Source of the DNA: Candidatus Bathyarchaeota archaeon | Lineage (GTDB): Archaea; Thermoproteota; Bathyarchaeia; Bathyarchaeales; Bathycorpusculaceae | Length of the DNA stretch: 64,000 nt | Reading direction: 5' to 3' | Assembly (NCBI GenBank): GCA_963828195.1 | Contig: CAWHDT010000005.1 | Location: 800,001 to 864,000 of the forward strand | Shown: positions 1 to 12,074 of the stretch, piece after piece | Position numbering within the stretch: position 1 is the first letter of the stretch | How the letters are laid out: each line of letters begins with the position of its first letter | Notes under the pieces: model-generated | The model's input: only the letters and a program-made list of their open reading frames with translations | The model's database searches: none | Told to the model about the DNA's origin: nothing | Program-made: the position numbers and the translations under genes

Positions 1-642
1 GGTTGAGGCAGTGGGGTATCCTAAGCGGCATGTAAAGGCGATTTTCATGTATTCTTGAATCCCCAGAAGCTTCTTGAGTTCCGCCTCGACGTGGGGAGCT
101 GCAAAAACGCTGAGAATCTGAAGGCTAACGCCTAAAGCTTGCGCCATAAGCCACATGTTCTCCATAACGCAGCCTAAGCTTATGAAACCTAAAACGTCGC
201 TTGCCGAAGCAGGTGCCCTCTTCCTGGAATCGTATGTTACTATGAGAAGTGTTGGGCTGCCTCTGAGGGACTGGGTCAGCGGCATAGGTTCAGCTTGGCG
301 AGCTGTTTCAGATATTTTGGCAGGGTCAACCCATGCTGGCGGAAACATTGAGCCCAAGATTCCGGTTTTCTTTTTCAAAAGCTCCTCTTTTGAGAATGAC
401 AGCTGTTCATAGTTTTCGCGCAGAAACTCTTCAGATATGCGAGATTTGATGTTTCCAATCTTTTCGAGCATTGCTTTGTCGTCAACCACGATGACTTCGA
501 AGTTTTGCATGTTGTGTGCGGTTGGAGCCCACCTTGCAGCCTCTAAAATCTGTTTCAGGTTCTCTTTTGATACTGGGCGATTCGGGTCAAAGGGTGCTCT
601 TGCGGATTGGCGTTCCTGAATGATTTTTAGGATTTCGCTCAT
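1..642 (-). CDS. Nitroreductase family protein (3' end runs off window)
   Basis: Not in ORF track. Manual translation from ATG at 642 gives MSEILKIIQERQSARAPFDPNRPVSKENLKQILEAARWAPTAHNMQNFEVIVVDD, a nitroreductase N-terminus. Confidence 0.85.
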   Translation of the reverse strand, partial: MSEILKIIQERQSARAPFDPNRPVSKENLKQILEAARWAPTAHNMQNFEVIVVDDKAMLEKIGNIKSRISEEFLRENYEQLSFSKEELLKKKTGILGSMFPPAWVDPAKISETARQAEPMPLTQSLRGSPTLLIVTYDSRKRAPASASDVLGFISLGCVMENMWLMAQALGVSLQILSVFAAPHVEAELKKLLGIQEYMKIAFTCRLGYPTAST

Positions 643-644
643 GT

Positions 645-1691
645 TTATCCCTCACTTACTTTTAGGACTGCGCGGAAATGAACTTTCGCTGTCATCATCC
701 GTTCAAAAGCCTCTGGGGCTTGCTCTAGCGGAAAGACTTCTACCATGGGAACCACATGTGTGAGTACGCTGAAGTTCATTGTGTCAGCGGTGTTTCCTCC
801 AACCCAACCGCTCACGGAGCGTACCGCACGCATCAGCTGAACGGGAGAGATCTGTAGGGGTTCATTAACGAATGTTATAATTATCAATTGCCCATTGCGA
901 GCGAGTCCGCCGACAAGATCCGATATGGCTTTGCTGTTGGGCGCTGTACAAAAGATGGCTCTTGCGCCGCCCAGCTTCATTAATTCTTCAGCCGCATTCA
1001 CGGTGTTTGCGTCAAGGTAGATTTGGGCGCCAAGCCTTCCAGCCAGTGCTTCTTTTTCTTTGCCGCGCGATATAACGGCAGTCTTTAAGCCAAGTCGGAC
1101 AGCGAACTGCAGCGCTAAATGACCTAAACCTCCGAAGCCTTGGATCGCAATTAGATCGCCGCCTTGAACTCTGCTGCTCTTCAACGCACCAAGAGTGGTT
1201 GCGCCTGCGCACAGGAGAGGTGCAGCCTCCACTGAGCTGAGCTCATCTGGAATGACCGTTAAGACATCCATGCGGGCCACCATGTACTCGGCGTATCCTC
1301 CGTCCGTTGAGATGCCCGTCGCTAAGGGGCTTTCGCAAGCCCAAAATTCCCCTTTTAAGCATGATTTGCATCGTTGGCAGTGTCCGCCGCGCCAGCCTAC
1401 CCCGACTCTTTGCCCGACCTTCCAGTAGGAGGACTCGGATCCCAGTTTGGCGATTGTGCCGACGACTTCGTGGCCAGGAGTCCTTGGATACTGCAAACCA
1501 GGAAAATATCCTTGTTTAACGATTGCGTCTCCATGGCAGACGCCGCAGGCTTGTACTTTAAGAAGAACTTCATTTTCTTTCGGCTCAGGAATTTCTTTTT
1601 GAACCAGCTTAAAATCTCCGCCAGGGGCGCAAACTTGAATTGCTTTCATTAATGGCATAAAATTACCTTTGATTTTAATTTTATCGGTCAC
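645..1691 (-). CDS. Zinc-dependent alcohol dehydrogenase (MDR family)
   Basis: CGVCHGD, PGHEVVG, CQRCKSCLKGEFWAC Zn cluster, GFGGLGH NAD motif. True start is probably the downstream MPLMKA. Confidence 0.92.
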   Translation of the reverse strand: MTDKIKIKGNFMPLMKAIQVCAPGGDFKLVQKEIPEPKENEVLLKVQACGVCHGDAIVKQGYFPGLQYPRTPGHEVVGTIAKLGSESSYWKVGQRVGVGWRGGHCQRCKSCLKGEFWACESPLATGISTDGGYAEYMVARMDVLTVIPDELSSVEAAPLLCAGATTLGALKSSRVQGGDLIAIQGFGGLGHLALQFAVRLGLKTAVISRGKEKEALAGRLGAQIYLDANTVNAAEELMKLGGARAIFCTAPNSKAISDLVGGLARNGQLIIITFVNEPLQISPVQLMRAVRSVSGWVGGNTADTMNFSVLTHVVPMVEVFPLEQAPEAFERMMTAKVHFRAVLKVSEG

Positions 1692-1822
1692 CTATAAACG
1701 TTGTCAAGATGCAAAAAGGCTGCGTCTATAAGCTGCGTTTAAAGGCGGAACTTGACTGTATGGCTTCTTTCTAACCAATATAGGAGCTGCACAGGAAAAA
1801 TTTGCCTAAAAACTTGGTTTCA

Positions 1823-4800
1823 TTATGAAGGATTAGGCATTCCGTTTAAGTCATTGGGAAATTCCACGGTGAATTGTGTGCCCTTTCCAAGTTGGGTTTC
1901 AACGGTTACTGTGCCATTTAATGCTTCTGCCAGTTTTTTCACTATTGCTAATCCGAGACCTTGTCCTTTGGCTTTGGTTGTGAATAACGGGTTGAAAAGC
2001 TTGTTTTTCACTTCGTCAGGTATTCCTGGGCCTGTGTCTGAAACAGTGATGAACACTTTCTTGTTTTTGCAGGTCGCGGTTATAGCTACTTTTCCTCCAT
2101 TTGGCATGGCTTGCACAGCGTTTGAAGTCAAGTTTGTCAGTATCCTTTTCAGGTAAAGCGGATCAGTGTTCATTTTTGGAAATTTTGCATCTATGCTGCT
2201 AGAAACTGTTACGGTTTCTGGAACAGTCACAAAGGACAAAACTTCTTTGACGACTTTTTCAAGGTCTGTTTCCTGTATTTGCGGCTTGGGCGTTTTCGCG
2301 AAGTCCTGAAGGTCTTGCACGATTTTGTTCACGTAAGTTAACTGTTCCTCAATGAAACCTATGCTTTCATTTACATCCGCTTTAGCGGGGGTGTCAGGCA
2401 AAGATTCAAGAGTGGTTCTTGCCAAGTAGAGTTCGCCGGTGATGGATTGGAGCGGGTTGCGAATGTCATGGCCAACCATGCCCGCAGTCTCGCCAATGGC
2501 TGCCAGACGTTCAGAGTCTTTGAGTTTTTTGGTTCGCTCTTCAACCAATGCTTCCAAATGTACTGAGTATGTCTTCAACTCTTTTTCATTTTCTTCCAGC
2601 ATTTCCAGCATTCGGCTGTTAGCGAGGGCAACTGAGGCAATTTCTCCAAAAGCCATTGCCATTTCGCGGTCGCGTTCGGTGAATCCTCCTTTTTTATTAG
2701 CCAACCCGATTACCCCGACCACTTTCTTTTCAATTGTCAATGGCGCAAACAACACATTGTCGAGTTGCACATGACCCTGCGGCATGAATTTACAATATTC
2801 ACTCTGTGTAAAATCATTTTCAACTGCAGCTTCCCCGGATTTGTAGGCTTCAGCGCGGAGTCCACGAATAGGCATAGGAAGCGAAGGATCAACAGTGCAA
2901 GGTCGCCCTCCTGAATCCAAGAACAAAACATCGTTTTGTTTTCCATCTTTGCTTAAGAGGGCAACGTAGCCGGCTGTTGCTCCGATTAATTCTTTGGCGC
3001 CGTCAAATAATATTCGCGCCGAATCCTGAAATTCTCTGTTTTGCAAAACTGCACGTGATGCACTCAATAAGGCTGAAATCTCGGAGCTTCGTCGGTATGA
3101 TTCTTCAAGAGAGATAGATAATTTTTGCTCTATTTTTATGCGCTCGGTGACGTCCCGGTTGCTAGCACGGCGGCCTATCCATTTGCCGTCGTCGTCGAAA
3201 ACTGCTTTGCATGAATGAGCAATCCAACGTGTTTCTCCATCGCGGGTTAATATTCGAAAATCAACAGCATGCAATTCTTCTGTGTTGATTAAATCAAAAT
3301 GTGGACCGATAATTGCTTTGTCCTCTGGGTGGACGATTTTTGTGAGTAGTGTGGGGTCTTTGATGAACTCGATGGCATCGTAGCCTGTGATCCTTTTGCT
3401 TGAAGGTGAAACGTAAATTAGGGTCCCGTCGGGTGCAATCCAGTATTCCCAATTATAAGCGAAATCAGAGACCGTTCGGAACTTAACCTCGCTCCCGCGC
3501 AACGCTTCCTCAGCAAGGGTTCTTGAAAGAGCTGATGCCAAGCGGTCGGCTATTCGCTCCCACATCTGAATCGTTTCAAGATTAAACATGCCTTTTCGTT
3601 TGTCATTTAGCTGAAGCAGCCCCAACCGTGTTTCTCCGATGGCCAAGGGAATCAGGGCAATTGACTTGTAGCCTTCGCGGTTGCAACAGTTTCGGGTTTT
3701 TCCACGCGATTCAGCGGTTGTAGTTGCGAGGAGTAATGTGGTGTTGTTTGTCCAGAAGCTTCCTTTTTCAGTGAAGAAGTCTTTGCTTGGATCAAACTTT
3801 CCCGATACCACGGCTCCGCACATGCATTCGATAATCGGGGTACCTTTAGAATCTCGGACAACGTACCCTGCATCGTCTCTGGCGCATATTTGGTTCTCCA
3901 GTCGGACATGTTCAGGCGGGAACCCACTTGTCACATAATATGGGTACTCCTCCCCTTCTTTGAGCCTGATGCCTACTGCTTCACATCCACACTGTTTCTG
4001 GAAGAAATCTGTAGCTGCCTTTACAAGCTCATGGGTGCTAGTAGTTGCGTTGGCTATTTTTAAGAATTCAACGGTGATTTCGCGTTCAGCTTCAGATTTT
4101 TTCCGTTCGGTGATGTCCTCTAAGACTGCAGCGAAATAACCTTTTGCCGGAGAGTAAACTGAAACATTTAGCCACAGGTTTAGGTATTTTTGGAAATGTT
4201 CATCCTTCTCTTTTTGACCCGTGAGCGCTACTCTGCCGTAAATTTCAAAAAGCTCAGGATTATCCTCTTTAATTCCGGGAATCACCTCTGAAACTTTCTT
4301 CCCAACAATCAGGTTTCTTTTTAAGCTCATTATTCTTTCAAACGCATCATTGACTTGAAGATAAACAAAGTCCACGGGCTTGCCTGCTTTATCAAATATC
4401 ATTTGGCAATAAGCAAAGCCGTCTATCATGTTGGAGAAAAGAGAACTATATTCTGCTTCACTTTTCCGTAGTGCTTCATCAGCTTTTTTGCGTTCAGTAA
4501 TATCGCTAAACAATGCTATGTTAGCTACGTGTTTTCCGTTCTCGTCAAATAATGGTGAAGCATTACAAGCTGCCCACAGAAGAGAGCCGTCTTTGCGGCT
4601 GGAACTCAAATTCTCTATACTGAATCTGTTCAGTTTCCAAGCTGTTTCTCATCTTCGGCACTTGTCTTTTTTGTTCTTCTTCAGACATGAGTTCAAAGCT
4701 CGATTTCCTGAGTAGTTCATCGACTGAGTAGCCGAACATTTGAGCGAGCCTATTGTTGACGAAGGTGTGGGCACCATCAGGTTTAGCGATGACTATACCT

Positions 4801-7800
4801 TCTGCTGCAGTCTCAACAATTGTACGATACTTCTGTTCACTTTCAGCCAACGCTTCCTCAGCTTTCTTGCGTTCAGTGATGTTTAGGGCTGTAAAGCTTA
4901 TTCCAGTTATTTCATTTTGAGCGTTCCTTTTTGGTTCGAAGTAGACGTCGAAGTTTCTTTCTCCCAAAGGCCCCTTTCCTCTCACCTCTCGCTGTGCGGG
5001 GCTGCCTTTTGAAATGACTTCCTTTAAGCATTCCATTATGTCATTTACATTTTCCAGATTCATTCCAGTGCCGAACTTTTTACCCATCATATCTTCAGGG
5101 GTGTAACCTCCCTGAGGATTATACACCCATGTGAACCGGAGAGCGCGGTCTAGGGTGCCAACGGTTACGGGCGCATTTTTTAAGGTAAAAACAAACCGTT
5201 TTTCACTCTCTCTAAGGGTATCTTCCAATTTTTTGCGGTCGGTGACATCTTTGGAGATTCTCAAGGTTGTCTCAACAGTGCCGGCAACAGAAAATTCGGG
5301 AATGATAACATACTGATAAGTTCTCGTCCCTGTTGGACCTGGGACTTCAATTTCGCCCTCTTCTACCTTGCCAGTTTGGATTGTATTTTGAAGAGTCTTC
5401 GTCCATGTTTCGGCGAGATTTTGAGGTAAGCCCATTTCTTGATCGGTTTTGCCAACGAAGTTTCAAGCAGGTATTCCTGTTAATTTTTCAATAGCCGAAT
5501 TGACGTACAAGAAGCGCAGGTTTCTGTCAAACCTAGCGATAATATCTGGCGAGTTTTCAGCAAGAGTTCGGTACTTGGTCTCCTCGATTTGCAATTTGCT
5601 TTCATGCTGTTTCAGTTCATTAACATCTATGAACGATAGAACGGCGCCGTCTATTTTGTTGTCTTCAGTTATGTATGGTCGAACGCGCATTTCATAAGAA
5701 CGCCCATTTTCGTCATTAACTTCTTTGTTCACCGCGTTGAGGGTCGTTATTACTTCTGAGATGATTTTCTCCAAGTCAGGAACCGAAATGGCGAGATGCA
5801 CGTTAGATATTGGCAGCCCAGTGTCGGAAGGAACGAAATTCAGAATTTTTTGAGCAGAAGGCGTAAAAAGTCTAATCTTTAAGTTGCAATCAACCATTAC
5901 GACGGCTGGATCAACGTTCCTGGTCAAGTTCGTTACATTATCGTTTAGTCTGGCGAGTGTTTGATTTCGATTCTTCAACTCGTCATTCAAAGTGGTTAAT
6001 TCTTCATTACTCGATTGTAGCTCTTCTTTAGCGGTTTCCAGTTCCTCGTTTGTACTTTGCAGTTCCTCATTGCTTGACTGCACTTCCTCCATGGCAGAAC
6101 GCAACTCCTCGTTGGTTGCCTCCTGCGTCTCAATAACTGTCTGCAAATACTGCTTGGAAGAGTCCAATTCTTCTTTCAGTTCCCGAATTTGACTATTCTT
6201 AACGTTCTCGCGCCCCTCGGGCGTAGATGAAAGTTCAATGGTCTGACGCAGATGCGCAGCAGCAGAACTAACATCTTCAAACAACACCAGAAAGAAAGGC
6301 TCTTCGTATTGTTTCGCAATCAGGGGCATTACCTGAATATTTATGGTCTTTGATTGCTCACCGTATTGAAAGCGTATTGCCGCTTCTTTGATGGGCGTGT
6401 TCTCTTTTTTTGCTCGGTAAACTGCACTTTGAAGTTCTGGCCTCAATTCCTTCCGAATCATCTTTGCAACATTCAAACTTGCTTGCCCTGACTCGGGTGA
6501 AAGATAAGGCGTGATGTTTCCGCGGAAAACAAGAATATCTAAGTTACTGTTGACCAGAATTGCCGCAGGAACATATTCCGTTATTAGTATTCGGTCTACT
6601 TCGTCGCGTATAAGCGAGATTGAGTCTTTTTTCTCAGGCTCCTTGAAACCTTTTTTTCCAGCATAAGCAACCCCAGCCGCAAAGCCAAAATTAACGCCGG
6701 GCTGAGCTTTCTTTTTCGTGAAAATAAAACCTTTCTTGTTAACTGGTTCAAAAAGGGCGGTGGATTTGCCGATGCTTTCAGATTCGCCTAGAATAAGAAA
6801 ACCGTTTGGTTTCAACGCGTAATGCAGGATGGCTACTATTCTTTCTTGAAGTTGCGTGTCAAAATAGATTAGCATGTTCCTGCAGCTGATAAGACTCAAG
6901 TTGGAGAAAGGCGGGTCGGCAGTTAAATCTTGTTTCGCAAATACACACACGTCTCGGATGAACTTTGTAATTTGATAGCTTCCGTTGAAACTTGTGAAGA
7001 AACGTTTTAACCGATTTTCCGAGACATTAGCTTCTATGCTTTTTGGGTATATTCCTTGACGTGCTTTATCAACATTCTTTTCGTTCACATCAGTCCCGAA
7101 AATCTGGATCTGCACATCGTTCGTGCCTGTTTCTTCGAGGAATTCTTGGAGCGCAATGGCAAAAGAGTAAGCCTCTTCGCCTGTGGAGCAACCTGGAATC
7201 CAAATTCTTATAGGTTCTCTAGAAGCTCGGTTTTTTAGAAGTTCAGGAAACAGTTTTTCCTTCAAAATCAAGAAGGTTCTGGGTTCCCTAAAGAAACTGG
7301 TTACGCCGATCAGCATGTCATCAAACAATGCTTGCAGTTCACCGGGATGCGTTCCCAAGTACTCTGCATATTTCGTTATGTTGTCTACATGATTAATAAC
7401 CATGCGTCGCGTAACTCGCCTGTTGACAACGGCCTCTTTGTAGTAAGTGAAATCTACGTTGAATGAAGATTTTAAAAGTGTGAAGATTCGCCGTAAACCC
7501 GTTTCTTTTGCAGTCTTAGGCTCCTGAGACACTATTTCGGCGCGAACCAACTGAGGGGTCTTAGCGATTTTTGAAAGCTCCTTAGCAATCTTATCAGGAG
7601 AAAGAACAAAATCGACGGCGTCGGCTGATATAGCGCTTTGAGGCATGCCCGCATATTGCGCGGAGTCTGTATCCTGGGCAAAAGTGATGCCGCCTTCTGC
7701 CTTAATTGCTTTGAGCCCTTCGGTACCATCCATGCCTGTTCCTGAAAGCACAATCCCGATAGCTTGAGTTTTGCGTTCCGCAGCGAGAGAACTTAAGAAA

Positions 7801-8168
7801 GCATCAATCGGTCTTAGAGATTTACCCTTTGGATTAAGCTTTAAAAAACCATCCGACAGGGTCATGGTTGTCCCGGGCGGAATGACATAAACATAATCGG
7901 GTTTAACATGCAGTCCGTCCTCAACTTGGAAAACGAGCATTCTTGTAAATCTGGAAAGAATGTCAGTCAACATGCTTTCTTGGCCTGAGGCAAGGTGTTG
8001 AATTATCACAAAAGCCAAACCCGTGTCAACGGGTAAAGACTCAAGCAGCTCCTTAAAAGCTTCTAAGCCGCCTGCAGAAGCGCCAATTCCAACAATCGGA
8101 AACTCTTTAGGAAATTTACTTTCAGAAACGTTCTGTTTTTTTAAACCGTTTTTGTTATTACTCTTTAT
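1823..8168 (-). pseudogene. Giant CheB-CheR-coiled coil-multi-PAS-GAF-histidine kinase, interrupted
   Basis: ORFs 5463-8018 and 4563-5435 are in frame across one TGA (TGIPA*NFVGKTDQEMGLP). ORFs 4563-5435 and 1823-4609 join by removing one base at ~4597 (EFQ-RKDGSLLW). The CheB motif PIVGIGASAGG lies in frame upstream of the called TTG at 8018. HisKA (GHDIRNPL) and HATPase (GQGLGL) are C-terminal. Confidence 0.85.
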
Positions 8169-8461
8169 ACCCGTAAATGACCATCCAACGAATCCGTTAT
8201 AAATCGGTTTCCAGAAAATAAGTAACTCGCATAATTAATATCTTTTCAATCTTAAGCTGAATAGCAGTTTACTATTACCGAACAAAAGTGAATTATTGTT
8301 AAGGAAAAATGGAAAAGCTCTCGAATTCAAATTTCCTTTTCATAACTACCTGATTTTTCTAAGGCGAAAAATAGCTTGATTCGTTTAACATTTAGAGTAA
8401 AACGTTTTTTATGCCAAACTATTTAATTACCTTTGCAATTTACTGATTATTAGGTGTTTGA

Positions 8462-8695
8462 ATGCCTCGGGCGTATGTGTTGTTTAATGTTGAGTCGGGT
8501 TCAGAAGATACCGTGTTAAAACAGCTTAAAAACATAAGCAACGTCGAAGAAGCCTATGTTTCCTATGGAGTTTACGACTTGGTTGTACGGGTCAAAGCTG
8601 ACACTATGGAAGAACTGAAAGATTCAGTGACACATAAAATTCGGAAGATCAAGCAGGTTCGCTCGACTTTAACGTTGATAATGATGGAAGAATAA
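8462..8695 (+). CDS. Lrp/AsnC ligand-binding (RAM) domain protein
   Basis: 77 aa with AYVLFNVE...YGVYDLVVRV...IRKIKQVRSTLTLI pattern. Confidence 0.88.
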   Translation: MPRAYVLFNVESGSEDTVLKQLKNISNVEEAYVSYGVYDLVVRVKADTMEELKDSVTHKIRKIKQVRSTLTLIMMEE

Positions 8696-8860
8696 TCTCT
8701 TTACCCTTTTATTTTTTAGATTCCATCCCTGATTTAGCATTTACGTTTTTTGAGTTTTCACCATCGAATCCAGAGAATTTACGTTTTTTCAGTTAAAGAG
8801 GCAGCGACGTGGGTAAAGATTTAAGTGTGACAAATATGCTTTATGTGCAAGGTGCATTAA

Positions 8861-9022
8861 ATGCCAACTCACGGAAGCTTATCTAAAGCAGGAAAAGTCC
8901 GCTCTCAAACGCCCAAAATCCAGGCGACACCAAAAACATCCCCGAGCCCAAAAAACCGAAACAGACGCAACTATGAAAAACGCACGATCCTGCAACGGAA
9001 AGCAGGCCAAAACTGGATGTAA
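8861..9022 (+). CDS. rps30e: 30S ribosomal protein S30e
   Basis: Not in ORF track. Translates to [21 protein letters not shown]...RRNYEKR, the S30e signature. Confidence 0.95.
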   Translation: MPTHGSLSKAGKVRSQTPKIQATPKTSPSPKNRNRRNYEKRTILQRKAGQNWM

Positions 9023-9103
9023 GCTCAGAAGCAAAACTGTTTTTTAGCTTAAATGTTCTCACAACGTTAGTGTAGTTTATTTATCCGTTAACTAAACGTT
9101 ATT

Positions 9104-10723
9104 TTGGTATCTTTAACCTTGAAAAATGAAACTGCCCTGCGAGAAATCATCGAAACCCTTAAGGACACATCCCAGCCCACATGTGACGACGTTAATCGCC
9201 TGAAAATAAAAACCGCCGGCAAATATCAGCTTGAAGAGGTGCCTTCGAACGCTGATTTAATTAGCCTTTTAACTCCCAAAGAAGCAAAGCTTCTCTTGCC
9301 CATTTTGCGCAGAAAAACCACCCGCACTATCTCGGGTGTCACAGTGGTCGCGACCATGACTAAACCTTACCCGTGCCCCCAATCTGAACCGTGCGCTTAC
9401 TGTCCGGGCGGTCCAGCTTACGGTAGCCCACAAAGCTACACGGGACATGAACCTGCAGCCATGCGCGGAACCCAAAACAACTTCGACCCGTACATGCAGG
9501 TAAGAAGCCGCATCGACCAGCTCACGGCGATAGGGCATAAAGTAGACAAAATCGAGCTAATAATCATGGGCGGAACATTCCCAGCCACACCCCCAGAGTA
9601 CCAAACTTGGTTTATCCAACGCTGCCTCGATGCAATAACAGGCAAAACCTCGGGAAGTTTAGAAGAAGCCAAATCAAACGCGGAAACCAGCGCCGTGCAC
9701 AATGTCGGTATAACCGTGGAGACACGTCCAGACTGGGCTAAGCAACCGCACATAGACGCAATGCTGGATATGGGGGTAACGCGGATCGAACTTGGGGTCC
9801 AGAACCCTGATGACGAAATCTACCGTTTGGTGGGCAGAACCCACACCGTAGCCGACGTGCAAGAAGCAACACGTATCGCAAAGGATGCTGGACTCAAAAT
9901 TGTTTACCACTTAATGCCTGGAATGCCCGGGTCCAACTCACAAAAAGACCTTGCCGCCTTCAAACGGGTTTTCACTGACGAATCTTTCAAACCAGATATG
10001 ATAAAAATTTACCCATGTCTCTGCATTGCGGGTACAAAAGCGAATGAATGGTATCAAAACGGAACCTACAAACCCTACACAACGGAAGAAGCCAAGGCGC
10101 TTATTGCTGAAGTCAAAAAATTCATTCCGCCCTGGGTAAGAGTCATGCGTGTTCAACGGGACATCCCTGCAGGACTCATTTTGGCAGGTGTCAAAAAAAG
10201 TAATCTTCGTCAACTTGCCCAAGAGCAGCTTAAGGCGCAGGGCTTTAAATGCCAGTGCATTCGTTGCAGAGAAGCCGGGCATAGATTAGCGGTAGACCAT
10301 GTGAGGCCAAACGTAGAAAAAGTCACCGTTCAATCCTTCACTTATGACGCTTCTGAGGGCAAAGAAGTCTTCATTTCAGCAGAAGATAAGGAAAATAACA
10401 TCTTACTGGGCTACTTGAGGCTACGTGTTCCATCTCCGAAAGCTCACAGACCAGAAATCACGACTACTTCATCTGCCATTGTGCGGGAGCTTCACGTTTA
10501 CGGTCCTCTTGTGCCTGTCGGAAAACATTCTGCGGGAGCGTGGCAGCATAATGGTTTTGGCGCAGACCTGCTTAAGGAAGCCGAACACATCGCCCGCGAG
10601 GATTACGGGGTCAAAAAGCTTTTAGTTATCAGTGCGTTAGGAACAAGACGGTATTACATGCGTTTCGGCTACGAACGTGATGGAGTTTACGTGTCCAAAA
10701 AACTGGAGAATCTTCATGAGTGA
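9104..10723 (+). CDS. elp3: tRNA uridine(34) acetyltransferase Elp3 (radical SAM + GNAT)
   Basis: RTISGV, CPxxxxCAYCPGG, QSYTGHEPA, ETRPDW, KIYP, RVQRDIP, VRELHVYG. Confidence 0.96.
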   Translation: MVSLTLKNETALREIIETLKDTSQPTCDDVNRLKIKTAGKYQLEEVPSNADLISLLTPKEAKLLLPILRRKTTRTISGVTVVATMTKPYPCPQSEPCAYCPGGPAYGSPQSYTGHEPAAMRGTQNNFDPYMQVRSRIDQLTAIGHKVDKIELIIMGGTFPATPPEYQTWFIQRCLDAITGKTSGSLEEAKSNAETSAVHNVGITVETRPDWAKQPHIDAMLDMGVTRIELGVQNPDDEIYRLVGRTHTVADVQEATRIAKDAGLKIVYHLMPGMPGSNSQKDLAAFKRVFTDESFKPDMIKIYPCLCIAGTKANEWYQNGTYKPYTTEEAKALIAEVKKFIPPWVRVMRVQRDIPAGLILAGVKKSNLRQLAQEQLKAQGFKCQCIRCREAGHRLAVDHVRPNVEKVTVQSFTYDASEGKEVFISAEDKENNILLGYLRLRVPSPKAHRPEITTTSSAIVRELHVYGPLVPVGKHSAGAWQHNGFGADLLKEAEHIAREDYGVKKLLVISALGTRRYYMRFGYERDGVYVSKKLENLHE

Positions 10724-12074
10724 ACTTGAAAATTCAGGTTACAAAAGCCTGGCGTTGGAAGCCCTAAAAAAGGCAGACTGCAATATCGGCGACATAGTAA
10801 GAGTGAATAGCAAAGGAAAAACCTACGAAGGCATCCTTATACCTCGCTCGGAACTGGGCGAGGGCACTGCTGTTATAGTTAAAATGAAAAGTGGCTACAA
10901 CATCGGCATCCGCGTAACGCCAGAAGTTAAAATTGAAAAAATCGGGAAAGGAGCAAAACCTGCCTTCGCATCGCCACCTTTGCCAAAACAAAACCCCGCC
11001 TTGCCCCATGTCGTCATAATGAGCACGGGCGGAACAATCGCCAGCCGAGTTGACTACCGAACGGGAGCAGTCCGTTCGGCAATCTCTGCAAGCGACTTAT
11101 ACGGCGTTGTACCTGAACTTTCAGACATCGCCAAGGTTGACACTGAAATAGTTTTCAGCTTATACAGTGAAAACATCACTCAGAAACATTGGAAAGAGCT
11201 AGCTGAAACCGTCTCGAAACGCATTGAAGCGGGAGTGGACGGCGTTGTAATTGCGCACGGTACAGACACGATGGCTTACACTTCAGCCGCCCTAAGCTTC
11301 GCACTGCAAAACCTGCCTGTTCCCATCATAGTTGTCGGCGCTCAACGCTCCAGTGACCGCCCAAGCAGTGATGCAGCAACAAACCTTATCGGCGCAGTGA
11401 AAGCCGCTGGAGAAGCCCCATTCGCCGAGGTGGGTTTAGCTATGCACGAATCCGTTTCCGACATAGCCACAATTGTTCACCGCGGAACAAAAGTCCGAAA
11501 GTGCCATACCAGCCGAAGAGACACCTTCAAACCAGTAAACGGCTTCCCAATCGCCAAAGTAAAAGACCAACAAGTAACCATGCTGACAAAGCATTATCAG
11601 CGCAGGGATACAGCAAGAAAGTTGGTTCTGAAACCGAATTTTAGCGATAAAGTTGCGTTAATCAAGTTTTACCCCGGGCTTGACCCAGCAATCATCGACT
11701 GGTACGTCAGCAGAGGCGTAAAGGGCATTTTGCTTGAAGGCTCAGGTTTGGGTCATGTCAGCAAATTCTGCTTTGACGCCATAAAAAACGCGGTCGCAAA
11801 CGGCGTGGTGGTTGCTTTAGCTTCGCAGTGCATTTGGGGCAGGGTAAACATGAACGTGTACGACACGGGCAGAGACCTGTTATCTTTCGGCGTAATCCCA
11901 ACCGACGACATGTTCCCAGAAACAGCCCTTGTTAAACTCATGTGGGTCCTCGGGCAAACCGACAAACCGCAAGAAGCCGCCGCGCTTCTGAAAATCAACA
12001 TTGCTGGAGAATTCTCGCCCAGAACGCTTCCCCAAGATGACATCTTTGTAGGAGGAGAAAAAAGTGGCAATTGA
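10716..12074 (+). CDS. gatD: Glu-tRNA(Gln) amidotransferase subunit D
   Basis: KMKSGYNIGI, STGGTIASRVDYRTG, HGTDTM, QRSSDRPSSD. ATG at 10716 overlaps the end of elp3. Confidence 0.96.
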   Translation: MSELENSGYKSLALEALKKADCNIGDIVRVNSKGKTYEGILIPRSELGEGTAVIVKMKSGYNIGIRVTPEVKIEKIGKGAKPAFASPPLPKQNPALPHVVIMSTGGTIASRVDYRTGAVRSAISASDLYGVVPELSDIAKVDTEIVFSLYSENITQKHWKELAETVSKRIEAGVDGVVIAHGTDTMAYTSAALSFALQNLPVPIIVVGAQRSSDRPSSDAATNLIGAVKAAGEAPFAEVGLAMHESVSDIATIVHRGTKVRKCHTSRRDTFKPVNGFPIAKVKDQQVTMLTKHYQRRDTARKLVLKPNFSDKVALIKFYPGLDPAIIDWYVSRGVKGILLEGSGLGHVSKFCFDAIKNAVANGVVVALASQCIWGRVNMNVYDTGRDLLSFGVIPTDDMFPETALVKLMWVLGQTDKPQEAAALLKINIAGEFSPRTLPQDDIFVGGEKSGN

